This document shows, in pieces, positions 12,596 to 25,902 of a stretch of DNA of 64,000 nt (position 1 is its first letter; the number at the start of each line of letters is the position of its first letter). Source of the DNA: Azolla caroliniana (lineage: Eukaryota > Plantae > Polypodiophyta). The notes under the pieces were generated by a model, which was not told the origin of the DNA, searched no databases, and saw nothing but the letters and a program-made list of their open reading frames with translations. The stretch is taken from assembly GCA_043228905.1 (NCBI GenBank), contig JBHGNT010000004.1, positions 17,422,001 to 17,486,000 on the forward strand. The letters are read 5' to 3'. Made by a program: the position numbers and the translations under genes.

Positions 12596-13660
12596 TATGG
12601 ATACATTCATAGATTGAAATATTCGCATTCGTGGGGCCTGCCCCACGAATCCATACGAATAGGAATATGAATACACGTAAATATATTCGTTTTCTTCTTT
12701 TTTTTGAAAATAAAATAAAATAAAAATAATAAAATTGTGTTTTATTTACGAGCGAGTGAACAGTGGCCAACAGGAAGCAAAGACGCCTCACCCTACTCCC
12801 TTTGCGTGCTACTTACACCCTCGCTTCCCTCTATATCCTGTTCTCGGCCAGAAATTAGGGTTTCGACAGAAAACCCTAATTTCTGTCATAATCCTAATTT
12901 CGACAAAATTTCTTCTTTTCGGCCTGCGTCATCGACTCCCTCTCATGCTCTACCTAATCCTACATCCTGTTGTCCGCTACAAATTCAAAGTTTCACTGAA
13001 ACCCTAAGTTTTGCCAAAGCCCTAATTAATTAATTATTAATGCATTAATTGATTATTAATTAATTAACTAATATTTTCCAATGAATTAATTAATGTGTTA
13101 ATGAATTAAGATATGTATTTGTAAATTAATTAATGTATTAGTGAATCAATTAATGTTTAAGTGAATTAATTAGTTAATAGTAAATTAATCATTATATTAA
13201 TGAGTTAATTAATTATTGATGTATGTCTGTGTACACATATATGTATGTGTGTGTATATGTATCTATGTATGTGTATATATGTATGATTGTATCTATGTAT
13301 GTGTGTGTATATGTATCTATGTATGTGTGTATATGTATCTATGTATGTGTATATATGTATCTATGTATGTGTGTGTATATGTATATATATGTTTGTGTAT
13401 GTGTGTATATATGTATGTGTATGTATGTATGTGTGTATATGTATATGTAAACGAATGGTTTTATAATATTCTTAGGGCCATTTTCTATTCTCGAATACCA
13501 CGAATATTACGGATGTCGAATCTCAAGAATATCACGCATGGCTCAATCCATTGTACGTAATCTCAAGAATATCACGCATGGCTCAATCCATGTATCCATG
13601 TCGACAAAATCCTAATTTCGACAAAATTCGACACGAATCTCAAGAATGTATCCATTGTAC
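12596..13660. mobile_element. putative non-autonomous TIR element with AT-rich and (TA/TG) low-complexity interior
   Basis: Left TATGGATACATTC and right GAATGTATCCATTG are inverted. The interior has TTAATTAA arrays (13020-13215), a TATG/TGTG microsatellite (13218-13450) and a tandem duplication of TCTCAAGAATATCACGCATGGCTCAATCCAT (13521, 13561). Confidence 0.45.
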
Positions 13661-14162
13661 GTAATATACTCGAATGCATTGTCAAACATTCTTTTTCATA
13701 CGAAAGCGTATGTTATCAAAACATTCTTATGTTTTCTTTTTACACTTTTTACCTTAACTTTCTTACCTTAAAAAATTTGCTTTATAATAAATAATGAATA
13801 CAAAAGTATGGTATTTACCATACTTCGAGCGTGTTTATCATACTCGAATGATTGAAACTTTCTCGAATGCGAATGCATGTATGATACCATCCGTGCATCC
13901 GCCTTCGTGAATGTTTCAATCATTCGCGTAAGAAAAACACCCTCAACGAATGATAAATACCATACTTTTGGATTAACTATTTATTATGAGGTAAATAAGC
14001 CTAAAAAATGAAAATAAAACATTAAAAAAAATGGGAAAAAACAAAAAAAAACACACAAGAATGTTTGAATAACATTCGCATTCGTTTTCCAACCTAGGAA
14101 AACGAATGTTATGCTAGACAAACACAAATTTTACGTACTATGGTTCATACTATGGATACATT
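13645..14162. repeat. ~520-bp imperfect inverted repeat (foldback/MITE-like)
   Basis: 13782-13879 pairs with the reverse complement of 13891-13990 (e.g. CAAAAGTATGGTATTTA/TAAATACCATACTTTTG, CGAATGATTGAAAC/GTTTCAATCATTCG). The outer arms AATGTATCCA..TACGTAA and TTACGTA..TGGATACATT also pair. Confidence 0.85.
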
Positions 14163-15634
14163 GATAACTTTAGGGTTCATTCATTTTGGGAGAGACAATG
14201 TTGGTCTCGATATTTCGTTTCTCGAGAACAAAGAATCTTCCTAAAGAGGGGAAGAATTTCAAGACAACTAATACTTTACTAATATGTAGTGTGTTGGTAA
14301 TAGTAGGTCCATATGCATGGACTTAAAAACTGTATTGGTTGGCATATTGAAAATTAATGACAAAACGAACGTGCTAAGTGTGGACAGGGAGTGTCGATCC
14401 ACATTGAGAACCCTCCTCACATGTCCATTTAATGATGGTACCCTATGCTCACAATGACAACGTTTACAGGAAGACGACTTGCGATGACTTTACGTTTTAT
14501 GAAGTTTTCTTTATTTTAACTGGAATCAACGGGATACTCCATATCATGGGAGGATTTTGCATCAACCAACAATACAACAACAAACATGATGTGTACACTA
14601 AGCTAGAAAATATAAAAGTTTCTATAAGTGTATCGAGAACTAGAACATTGAAACAACGTGGTGATAAAAAAAATTTGTTTGGATGCAAATGGCGTTAAGA
14701 ACCCAATATCCTCCAATTAAATATTCATTGAGGAATGAGTCTAACTTTTACAAATCTTGTCCCCACTTGACGTTTACAAACCTTGTACCCACTTGATCCA
14801 CTCAAGTTCAATTATAGTCAATCTCATTCCAAACCTCATTTAATTCCTGATTGGACACATGTCACTTAGGAAAATTAATCTTTCAAACATAATATGATAT
14901 GGATCAACTCTAGTGATTTCCAAGGCATTCATTTTCAATTCTTCTCCTCCACTCACAACCTTTATAAAACACTTAAAAGTTTGAGACTTAAAAGAAACTG
15001 AATGGTAGATCAGTAGAACACATACAAAAACAAGTGTGTTGCATGAAATGAATACATTAGTATTGTCATACGGACACATTCTTTAAACATGCATGTATGT
15101 ATGTATGTATAAGGGTATTATGGTAAATAGAAGAAACATAAGTGGTATTTTGGTAGATAGGTACTAATCTAGAGAAACTTTTTCACAAGGTGTATTGCAT
15201 GGTAGAATGTTGAGAGATAAGCTACAATATCAATATTGAGCTAATACAAGTGTGGAAAGTAAGAAACATTTCAACATATGATCCTAGGTACAAGAAAAGA
15301 CTAATTAGAGCAAAATCCGCACATCTAATTGGGTGCTTGACATTATGAAATGGTTTAATAGTTGGGGAATAAAGATCTACTAGAAGTATGAAGTGATGTT
15401 TGTTAAGTACCTACCATATACATATGTAGCACGACCCAGAAAGAAATTGATATTGGTACTAAAGACCAAGAGATAGGGAAGACAATAAAGTAGTTCTAAT
15501 GTTTTTTTAAAACCTAATGGCCACCCCAATGTGAAGGGAGAAGAACTTTTTGTAAATGAAATTTAAAGTCACTTTTGTGCCTTTTTAAGTTCTTCGTCAA
15601 TTTTTAATTTAGATTCCTGTTGCAATCTAATTAG

Positions 15635-15666
<32 letters not shown>

Positions 15667-15667
15667 T

Positions 15668-15732
<65 letters not shown>
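15635..15732. repeat. compound (CT)n(CA)n microsatellite
   Basis: Direct inspection. Confidence 0.95.
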
Positions 15733-15733
<1 letters not shown>

Positions 15734-16953
15734 TCTATATACTTGTGAGGTCTTCCGTGGACTTTGAAAAATATACCAATTTATCTATCAATATACTTGT
15801 AAAGTGCATTATTAGTGTTAAATGCTATTTAACCAAATCCTAATAAACCCTCCTTTTGTATGTGTTGTGCTTGCTCCCTTTAAGTGAAGTGTGCTTTGTT
15901 TTTCGCTCATAGTCTATTTACTTCTACATGTATCTAATGCGTAGACTTGTTAAAACACTAGCGAACTTCTTAGTGAAGGCAAGGTTAGTGGCTTGAGAGT
16001 GCTAGATAACTACTCTCAACTTGACTCTCCATCAACAACAAATACTACGACATAGCCCCCTTGGAATTGATATTGGCACAGACACAACTCCGGTATTACA
16101 AAGACGTGAAATTGGTACAAGCACATAGAGTCGACACAATGCTATCAATTATATGGTTATCAAACATAGATTACAAGAGGCCTAAAGGATGACTCAATAA
16201 GGCGCTAAAATGCCAAAATTAGAATATTAGATTGCGAATGGTAACCCTCAATAATGGTCCCAATACGAAGTAAAAATGTACTACATCTTAATATCCCCCA
16301 TGAGCATTGGCTCTTAGAGAGCCTTAAACACTTCTTCAAACTTGCTCACACAACATGGTGTTGAAATAACATCATGACATCATCACTCAAGTATGAAGAT
16401 ATGCAAGGTATGCAATAGAAACCTAATGGAGTATAAGAACCTAATGGAGAAAAGAAGTCATGCCCTCCAACCACATGAATTATCTCCATTCAAGACTTAT
16501 CAATAATTGTGGGCTCTCCTATGTTCCATATTCTAGACTGATTAGTATTGGGTTCTTCCATGTTCAAAATCTTACACAACACTCCACACAACATTCACGA
16601 TTAATTGGTTGCAGGCTCTCCTATGTTCAAAATCTTAAACAAAACTCCACACAACAAAATACCTCCATTCAATACTTAAAGATCGTAGGTTGTCCTATGT
16701 TCCATATTGTAGAAAAGAAGCAACAAGATCCAATGTAGTCCATTGTTGGTGCACTAAAAAAGTAGAACATTCTAATTTTAATGATGGTTTTCTGCTACCC
16801 ATTATTGATGACTATGTTCTCATTGTCGTCATAGGTTTTGATAGTGTGTACTAACATGCATCGCTAGTGACCGTCCAATTCTTCGTGACATTTATAAAAC
16901 CACTAACCATATCAATGTGTTACAATACCGGAGGATAGGATAATGCAACATAA

Positions 16954-17406
16954 TGTGAAAGTTAGTGTGCGGAAGCGTTAGACAAATTGGCTGTCGGATA
17001 GCAACAGAAAATGAGAAAAGGTTTAATAGAGAACTTAACACAGAGAATACGTGTGGGAGAGATAGAGAGAGAGGGGGGGGAGAGCAGAACATAAACTTGA
17101 TTCAAAATAACATTATGAAACTCTGTGTACATAGAATGTGCTCAGAGAGCACTTTTATACAAGTCCATAAAGGACTGACAGATGTACTGACAGGTACTTC
17201 AATATTCATACGTGCGACTGACACTAACTCTGAGACAATGATTACCTAGTAGTCTAGGCTACTACTAGGCTTCCGGTTCGCACTCGAATCCGGCTCTCTG
17301 ATCCATCTCCCCGATCCGGCCAGTTATATCCGAATACCATCCGGATACCGATCCGGCTCTGGCTTATTTAGCCGATCCAGATCCGGTTGAGCTTGCTCAC
17401 TCAACA
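16954..17406 (-). repeat. 3' LTR of Copia A
   Basis: Direct repeat of 28010-28479; adjacent to the PPT. Confidence 0.95.
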
Positions 17407-20302
17407 CTCCCCCTCAAGCTCAACTTGAGGTCGGATCGTGGTGTCAGTGTCTGCAGTAGCCAGTCCTTTCCTTCGGCTCCTTCTGACGTCCTCCTGTCTT
17501 GCTCACGCTCCTCGTCAGGTCCGGTTCCGCTTCTCGTGACCTGTCCGATACTGTGCACCTCGACCTCCTTGGTTAACTTGTCTGCTCCTTTGTTGTTATG
17601 ACTCCGGCGCTTGTCGATCCATCGGTTCTTCCGTGTCGGTGTTGACTTCCGCTACCTTCTCATCCGGTTGGCCTTTAGTTGATCCGGTTTCTCTTAATCT
17701 TGAACCGAATCGATTTCCTCCGATTCGTTCCAACTCTTGTCCGAGTTGGTAGTCTCCAACTCGTCTTCCATTTTTAGGCCCTTCACCACATCGGAGCACG
17801 TCCGGGTCTTGGCCTTCTTCCAGTCGGCTCTGTCCTTCTTGACTCTGCTGCCGTTGCCACTTGCTCCGACTTGTTCGGATGTGCCGACTCCTTCGGTCGA
17901 CTCAGCTTCCTTTTTCCGCTTATCTCCCCCCTTGGTTCTTTCTTCCTCTCCGTCTCCTTGTCCAATGCCATTCATTCCCATTCCTGTCTTGGTTCTTTCT
18001 TCCTCTTCGGCTCCTTGTCTGGTGCCATTCATTCTCGTTCCTGTTCTCCCCCTCAAGTGCGGCACATCGAGATGCTGAATGCCGAGCATCTCTGAAGAGT
18101 GTTGCAACTTGTCCGACCCGAGTGGCTTGGTGAAGATGTCGGAAACCTACCGATCCGTGTGAACATACCAAAGTTCAACCTCACCGCTCAAGACCTGCTC
18201 ACGAACAAAGTGATAATGCACTTCTATGTGCTTTGTCCGAGCATGGAATACAGGGTTCTTGGCGAGCTGTATGCTGCTCATGTTGTCACAGTGGATTGGG
18301 ATTGGGGTTGGCACCTTGATCCGGAGGTCACGCAGTAGCCGCCGAAGCCAGATGGCTTCACAAGTGGCAATGGTAGCGCCCCGGTACTCAACCTTAGTGC
18401 TTGACAGAGCCATTGTTGGCTGCTTTTTGTTGCGCTACCAAGAGAAAACATTTAACCGGAGGTGGATCAGCGATCCAATGCATCACCAACCTAATCGGCA
18501 TCGGTATATCCGACTAGCTTCCCAACTATACCATGTTGGTATAACAGTCCCCGGTCCTTCGTGCCGCTAACATACCGGAGTATTCGGTGTGCGCACTGAA
18601 GGTGCTCGACGGTCGGCTTCTGCATGAACTGGCTGATCACTACGATCGGGTAACTGATGTCGGGTTGGGTGATTGTTACGTAGATAAGGCTTTCGACAAT
18701 TTATCGGAACCGTTTCTCATCGTAGGCCGGTCAGGAATCGGGACATAGCTTTTGGTTCCGGTCCAGGGGTGTAGAGATCGGTCGGCATTTTGTCATGCCG
18801 AACTTGTACATCATATTCAACAGATAATGGCGTTGTGAGAGCAATATGCCATCGGGGGTTCGGATCACCTCGATCCCAAGAAAATAATGAAGGTCCCCCA
18901 GGTCCTTCATTTCAAATACGTTCGACAGTTGGGACTTCACTCGACTGATTTCAACGAGTCCGGGTCCGGTGATGACTAAATCATCTACATAAAGCAAAAT
19001 GCAAACCGGACCATCCGGACGAACAATGAAGAGTCAAACTTTGAGGCCGCAAACCCCATCTTACGCAACCGGTGCGTGATCTTCGCATTCCAAGCTCGGG
19101 GGCTTGCTTTAGACCGTAAAGCGACTTCTTGAGGCGGCATAGTGCCGACTTGTTCATCTCCGATTGAAATATGGGGGGTTGGATCATATAGACCCGTTCT
19201 TCAAGATCACCTTGAAGAAATGCATTCTTCACGTCCATTTGGTGAAGATGTCATCCCCTTGCTGTAGCAACCGCTAGTACCACGCGAACCGTCGTCATCT
19301 TCGCTACCGGAGCGAAGGTCTCGTCATAGTCGATTCTGTGGGTCTGTGCGTATCCCTTTGCCACTAACCGGGCCTTGTACCGGTTGACCGAACCGTCGAT
19401 CTTGTACTTTATGTTGTACACCCATTTGCAACCGATCGGTTTGCATTGTCGAGGAGGGTCGACAAGGTCCCATGTATTGTTGGCATCTAGTGCCTGCATT
19501 TCTTCCTCCATAGCAGGACGCCAATTTGCGTCTTTTGCTGCTTTTGCATAGCTCTCCGGCTCACGCACTTCCACCACCTTAGTCATGTACGCATAGTGAT
19601 GCGCCATGTACTCATTGTATACGTACCTCTGGATGGGGTTCTTCTGGCGGATTGAGTGGCGTAACTTTCCATTAGCCGATTTGAGGCCCTTCTTGGCCGG
19701 TTTAGACTTCCTTTCTGAAGATCCGCCTTCTTCCTTTCCGGGGTCAGATCTGCTCCGCTCCGACCCTTCACTGTCGGTATCATATTTTGGCATCTTCTTG
19801 TTCCCCTTCTCTTTGCGCATGAACCGTCGCCTCGGTTCCTTGCGCAAGGAGAGCATGACAGAGTCTCCACTACTCACTTGTTCTTCATCTTATTGGTCAT
19901 CCTGACTCAGCCGCTCATTCGGCCCACTTAGCCGGAATCAGATTGGACTCTCTTCTAGAGTGCTGAAGTCTTCATATTCTTCCAGGACCTCCTCGGGCTC
20001 ACTAACCTCATCTTCCGGAATCGGGTCTTCGTCAAGAGTTGGAGTCGGTAGGGCGTACCATGATGCTGACTCATCAAACTCGACATCTCAACTTACTCAT
20101 ACCTATTTAGTCCGGGGGTTATAACACTTATACCCCTTCTGCTCATGCGAGTAATCGACTAGGATGGATTTCTCCGACTTCGGATCTAGTTTCTTCCGCT
20201 TCTCATCTGGTATATGCACATATGCTATGTTGCCGAATATCCGAAGGTGTCTCAAATTCGGTTTCCACCCGAAATACAGCTCATGTGTTGACACCTTGTC
20301 AC

Positions 20303-20500
20303 TGTCGAATACAAATGTATAATGGACGTATTCACACTATCCTCTTAGAGAGCCCAAGTTCGGGCTATTTCTGTAAATAACATAAAGGGCAGTTGCCCTA
20401 AGTGAGTCACTATATAAAGTGACTTTGTAACCTTTTGTAAAGGTTGGTTGTTCATTATTGTAACGGTTGCCCTTTTATGAATATAGATATATTCTTTGTG

Positions 20501-20554
<54 letters not shown>

Positions 20555-23500
20555 CGTAATTGGTTATTGCCTCTCTCATACGCAGGTATTTCTTCCTCAC
20601 AGATTCATACTGTGTGATCTCTTCCGCACTGACGACCTTGTTCATTCCCTACATATGGTATCAGAGCTTGGATGTCCTTCATCCCGCTGCCGGCCGCCAT
20701 TCGAATCTTTGGATCACAACATTTTGTTTTTTTTCTGTTTGGTATTTGAAGAAACAGAGAAGAGAGAAGAAGAAGAAAAACGAGGCTTGCATCTCATCAC
20801 GCTAGATCATCTTCGCTTGGAGTAAGCCAGCCGGCTGTACTCTGTTCTTCGTGATCGTAACCGCTCGAGGTGAAATCCCCTTGTGCAACATTGACATGAT
20901 TGTGCTCCACTCGGTTAAACGGCATCCGAACAGGTCACCGAATGTTGCTCGCCGCCCGTTGTAACTACTCGGTGCAGATCGGTCTCAAGACAACAACCCC
21001 AATTCGTGCTTCATCCAGCTGATCGACATTCGGGAGGATCAATTGAATCCGTCTCTCTTGTCGCTGCAGTCACCCGAAGCAAAATCGGTCCAGACAATCG
21101 GTTTCAATAATCGGTATTTGGCATATATATTCGGAAGCGAACCGGGCTCACTCCGACTCGGCAACATTCGGGAAGACCAATCGGTTCTGTCCCTCAAGTT
21201 ACCGGAGTCAATTCGAGCAAGTTCAACAATACATATATCCAAAACTGAACCGACTTGGGTTCAAATTCGACTAGAACAATATCGGGTGAGCCGACCGGCT
21301 GCACTCCAACAAAGTTCGTAGTCAACTCCGAACCGAGCTTCGTCAACCGAAACCGAATCTGATGGCATCAACATCCGGCTCATCGGAAATGAGTCTAAGG
21401 AGGTTTGACGGTTCGAACTTCAATTTTTGGAAGGAGCAAATGCAGGACTATCTTATAGTCAAGGGTTAGATCAATCCGATTGAGAATGAAACTGCTCCAG
21501 AAATATACAAGGCAAATGATTGGCAGAAGCTGGACAGAATCGTCTGCACTACGATTCGGATGCACCTGTCGGAGTCAGTGTACTTCACAGTGCAATCGTG
21601 CACGACAACCTTCGAACTTTGGAAGAAGCTGTCGGAAACCTACGAAAAGAAGGTTGCCTCATCGAAGATGTATTTGATCCGGCACCTCTACAACTTGCGG
21701 ATGAAAGACTCCGATTCGGTTCAGGCACACCTTAACGAGTACGAAAGTTTGAGCTCCCAAATCTCGTCATAGGGGACGACAATCGAGGATGAACTCAGAG
21801 CAATGATACTCATGAGCAGTCTCCCCTCCTCTTGGGAAACCTTCGTTACAACTGTGTGCAACGCTTCTACAACTGCCATCAAGTACTCCGAAGTCACAAG
21901 TGCAATCCTGACTGAAGCAGCTCGGAGAAAGTCTTTCACCAAAGACTCGGCAAAAGAAGCCTATGTAGTACAAGGTTCGACCGACCGATCGAACAACCGG
22001 GGAAGAAGTTCTTCCCAGCCGCCGACAAATCAGCGAAGCCGCAGCAAGTCCCGGGAAACCCGAATCTGCAACTACTGCAAGAAACCGGGACACATCAAGG
22101 CCGACTGTTGGGTACTCAAGTCAAAGACAGACAAAACTCAGAGAGCTGATCAGAGGAGTAACCGGCATGAGGAAGTCAACTACGTCAGCTCTTCCGCCGA
22201 GATATTGATGACCGACCTGAACATATTGTCCATAGAGAATCCAGTCGAATCAGAAGTTCTGCTTACGACGGAGGAATCGAGCACATGGCTTCTGGACTCA
22301 GGCGCGTCGTATCACGTGACACCTCACCGATCACAGTTTCGGCAATATTCGGACCGGCACTCCGACTTAGTTCGAGTTGGAAATTCGCAGCACTGTGCTA
22401 TCATCGAAATCGGCACCGTAGAGCTCAACCTTCCGGGTGGCTCTACACTCGTACTACACAACGTCCGACACGTTCCTGAGCTCTCACGACCCTTGATCTC
22501 AGTCGGACAACTTGATGAAGCTGGCATCCGTGCTGGTTTCTCATCAGGAGGGTGGACACTCCATAGAGGGAACCTCCTGCTTGCTAGAGGACCAAAGGTA
22601 CACTCATTGTACCCTTTGTATGTCACACTCAGAGAGGGTGACTTATTTCTGGTAGATATCCCTGTGTCATCCTTATGGCATGGACGACTTGGAAATCTCA
22701 GCAAGGCCGGCATCACGCACCTATCCAGAGCCGGATACATCCCGAAACTCTCCTTCTCGGACCATCAGTTTTGCGAGCATTGCCAGTACGGCAAACAGGT
22801 AGCCGCATCACACCCGACATCAGCACCAAGAGAGTCGAGCCTGCTCGATTTGGTCCACTCGAACGTCTGTGGCCCGATGCCACACCAGTCACTTGGTGGT
22901 GCCTCGTACTTCGTCAGTTTCATTGACGACTCGACTCGGAAGGTGTGGGCTTACCCCATCAAAACCAAAGATCGGGTGTTCTCGATCTTCTCAGATTGGC
23001 TCGCAATGGTCGAAAACCAGACCGGTCGGAAACTGAAGTGTCTCCGAACCGACAATGGAGGTGAGTTCAAATCTGATGAATTTGTCAAATTTTGCCGAGA
23101 ATGCGGCATTAGACATGAATATACGACACCATATAGTCCGGAGCAGAACAAAATCGTAGAACGCATGAATCAGACGATTCAAGAACGCGTTGTATCCATG
23201 CTCCAACACTCCGGACTGTCGGATGGCTTCTGGGTAGAGGCTCTACTCACGACAGTACACATAATCAATATGTCGCCAAGTAGACCTCTAGGACTTAAGA
23301 TACCTCAGGAAATATGGACCGGCAGAAAGCCGAATTATGATAAGCTGAGGATTTTCGGTTGCGAGGCATACGCCCTCATACCGAAAGACGACCGCCGAAA
23401 ACTCGAACCGAGATCAAGGAAATGCGTTTTCCTCGGGTATGGACCCGACGGCAAGATCGGATACCAACTCTGGGACCCCGAGCACAGGCAAATCGTCCGA

Positions 23501-25902
23501 AGTTTGGACGTCGTGTTCAACGAGTCGACTATGCACAAAATGGCCGAAAGGCCTATTGAAGTCCGAAGGGTAATATTTTCCGAAGTGCCAACCCTTCATG
23601 ACGGCCCATCACACAACACGAGACCGGTTTCACGGGTAACCGACTTCTCTCGCACCGAATCCACAGATTCGGCACAGCCGAATGGCTCGGCTTCCGACCA
23701 TTCGACATCGACACCCGGTGCGACCAGTCCAGTCATACCTCGAAGATTCGAGAGACTGTCGCAACCTCCGGAGAGGTACTCTCCCGGAATTTTCTTCACG
23801 GACGCCGGCGAATCGACGTCCTACGAAGAAGCAACGACAGCTGTCGATTCAGCCACCTGGCATCTGGCAATGGAGTCGAAAATGCACTCCATCCGCGCCA
23901 ACAAGACTTGTGATCTGGTCGACTTACCGAAGAATCGACGTGCTCTTCCTTGCAAGTGGGTCTATAGACTAAAGGAGACGTCCGACTCGACCACCCCAAA
24001 GTACAAGGCCAGATTAGTTGCGAAGGGATTTCGACAGGAATATGGCGTCGACTTCAACGAAATCTTTTCACCAGTGGTGAAAATGACCACCCTTCGTTTC
24101 ATGCTCGGTGTGGTGGCTGCCGACAATTTGGAGTTGATTCAGCTAGATGTGAAAACGACATTCCTCCACGGTGATCTAAAGGAGGAAATCTACATGGAGC
24201 AGCCGAAAGGCTTTGTGGCCACTGGTCAGGAACATCTAGTCTGCTGACTCAAGAAGAGTCTTTACGGCCTGAAACAGGCACCCCGACAGTGGTACAAGAA
24301 GTTCGACGATTTCATCCAGTCGGTTGGCTTCTCCAAGAGCGATGAGGACCACTGCCTCTTCACCAAAACAGCTCAAGACGGTTCTCCCGTCTTCCTCATC
24401 ATCTACGTGGACGACATGCTACTCTCCGGTCGGCATACCGGAGAGCTCACCGAACTCGTTCAGAAACTGCGATTGAAGTTTGCCATGAAGGACCTCGGTC
24501 CGGCAAGACACATACTCAGAATGAAGATTAGTCGGAATCGCGCCAAAAGACATCTTTTTCTGTCTCAAACTGACTACATCGGACGTGTCTTGGAACGCTT
24601 CAACATGCAATCGGCCAAGTCTGCTTCGACCCCGCACCCCGTTCATCTTCGGCTTTCTCAGCAAGACTGCCTGACATCCGGTCCGGAGGGGGAAGACATG
24701 AAGTCGGTACCGTATGCACCGGCAGTAGGCTCTCTGATGTACGCGATGGTCGCGACATGGCCTAATATTTCTCACGCCATAGGAGTCATCAACAGATTTA
24801 TGCACAATCCTGGCCGATCACACTGGAACGCAGTCAAGCATGTGTTCAGATATTTAGCTGGCACAAAAGACCATGGCATCCTTTTTGGTCCGAACTCAAC
24901 TTCAGGCGTAGCCGGTTACACCGACTCGGACTTCGCCGGCTGTGTGGACAGTCGCAAGTCAACAACTAGATATTGCTTTAAATTCGGCAATGGAGCAATC
25001 TCGTGGAAGTCGAAACTTCAGGAGTGCATAGCCACCTCAACGACCGAAGCAGAATATGTAGCTGCCTCCGACGCAACGAAAAAAGCTTTATGGCTCGGTC
25101 AGCTGGCGCACACGTTTCGGCAAGTCGACTCCGACTCGGCTCCAGTTGTCTACAGTGACAGTCAGAGTGTTGTTGCTTTGTCGAAAAATCTAGTTCATCA
25201 CAACGCCTCCAAGCATATCGAAGTTCGATATCACTTCGTTCGGGACTGTGTCATTTCCGGGAAAATTGGTTTAGAGAAGATATCCACAACCGATAATGTC
25301 GCAGATGGAATGACCAAGTGTCTTTCGGCAGACCGGTTCCGGTCTCTTCGGCAACAGATGGGCGTAACAACATATCGGTCCGGTTGAAGCCGGACATAGT
25401 GCAGGATGGTTTCGGACAACAGACGTCGGTTCACTGACGATCGGCTTCAGCTTTTCCGACCCGACCTGTTCGGTCTTCTGTCTACGGATCATGCCGATTA
25501 GAACAAAACCGACCTGTCCGAGAACCTATGCCTATACCTGTATTTTTTTTAGATAACCCATGCATACGCCCATTACGGGGGAGTGTCGAATACAAATGTA
25601 TAATGGACGTATTCACACTATCCTCTTAGAGAGCCCAAGTTCGGGCTATTTCTGTAAATAACATAAAGGGCAATTGCCCTGAGTGAGTCACTATATAAAG
25701 TGACTTTGTAACCTTTTGTAAAGGTTGGTTGTTCATTATTGTAACGGTTGCCCTTTTATGAATATAGATATATTCTTTGTGCCTCTCTCTCTCTCTCTCT
25801 GTACGTAATTTGTTCTTGCCTCTCTCATACGCAAGTATTTCTTCCTCACAGATTCATACTGTGTGATCTCTTCCGCACTGACGGCCTTGTTCATTCCCTA
25901 CA
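20303..25902 (+). mobile_element. Ty1/copia element B, full length, nested in the integrase of element A
   Basis: LTRs at 20303-20653 and 25584-25902. TSD GTCAC at 20298-20302 and 25903-25907. PBS TGGTATCAGAGC at 20656-20667; PPT ACGGGGGAG at 25575-25583. Confidence 0.97.
21362..25387 (+). pseudogene. gag-pol of Copia B: one reading frame broken by three premature stops
   Basis: MASTSGSSEMSL start; CCHC knuckle (CNYCKKPGHIKADC), protease (LDSGAS), INT, RT (YVDD), RH. Stops: TAG ~21466, TAG 21770, TGA 24245. Confidence 0.92.

Noticed and set aside
13216-13560. ORFs rich in Y/V/C/M
   Set aside because: Translations of a TA/TG microsatellite; the same applies to 35690-36041.
14330-14900. Short ORFs possibly from a decayed TE
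   Set aside because: No diagnostic motif could be assigned with confidence.
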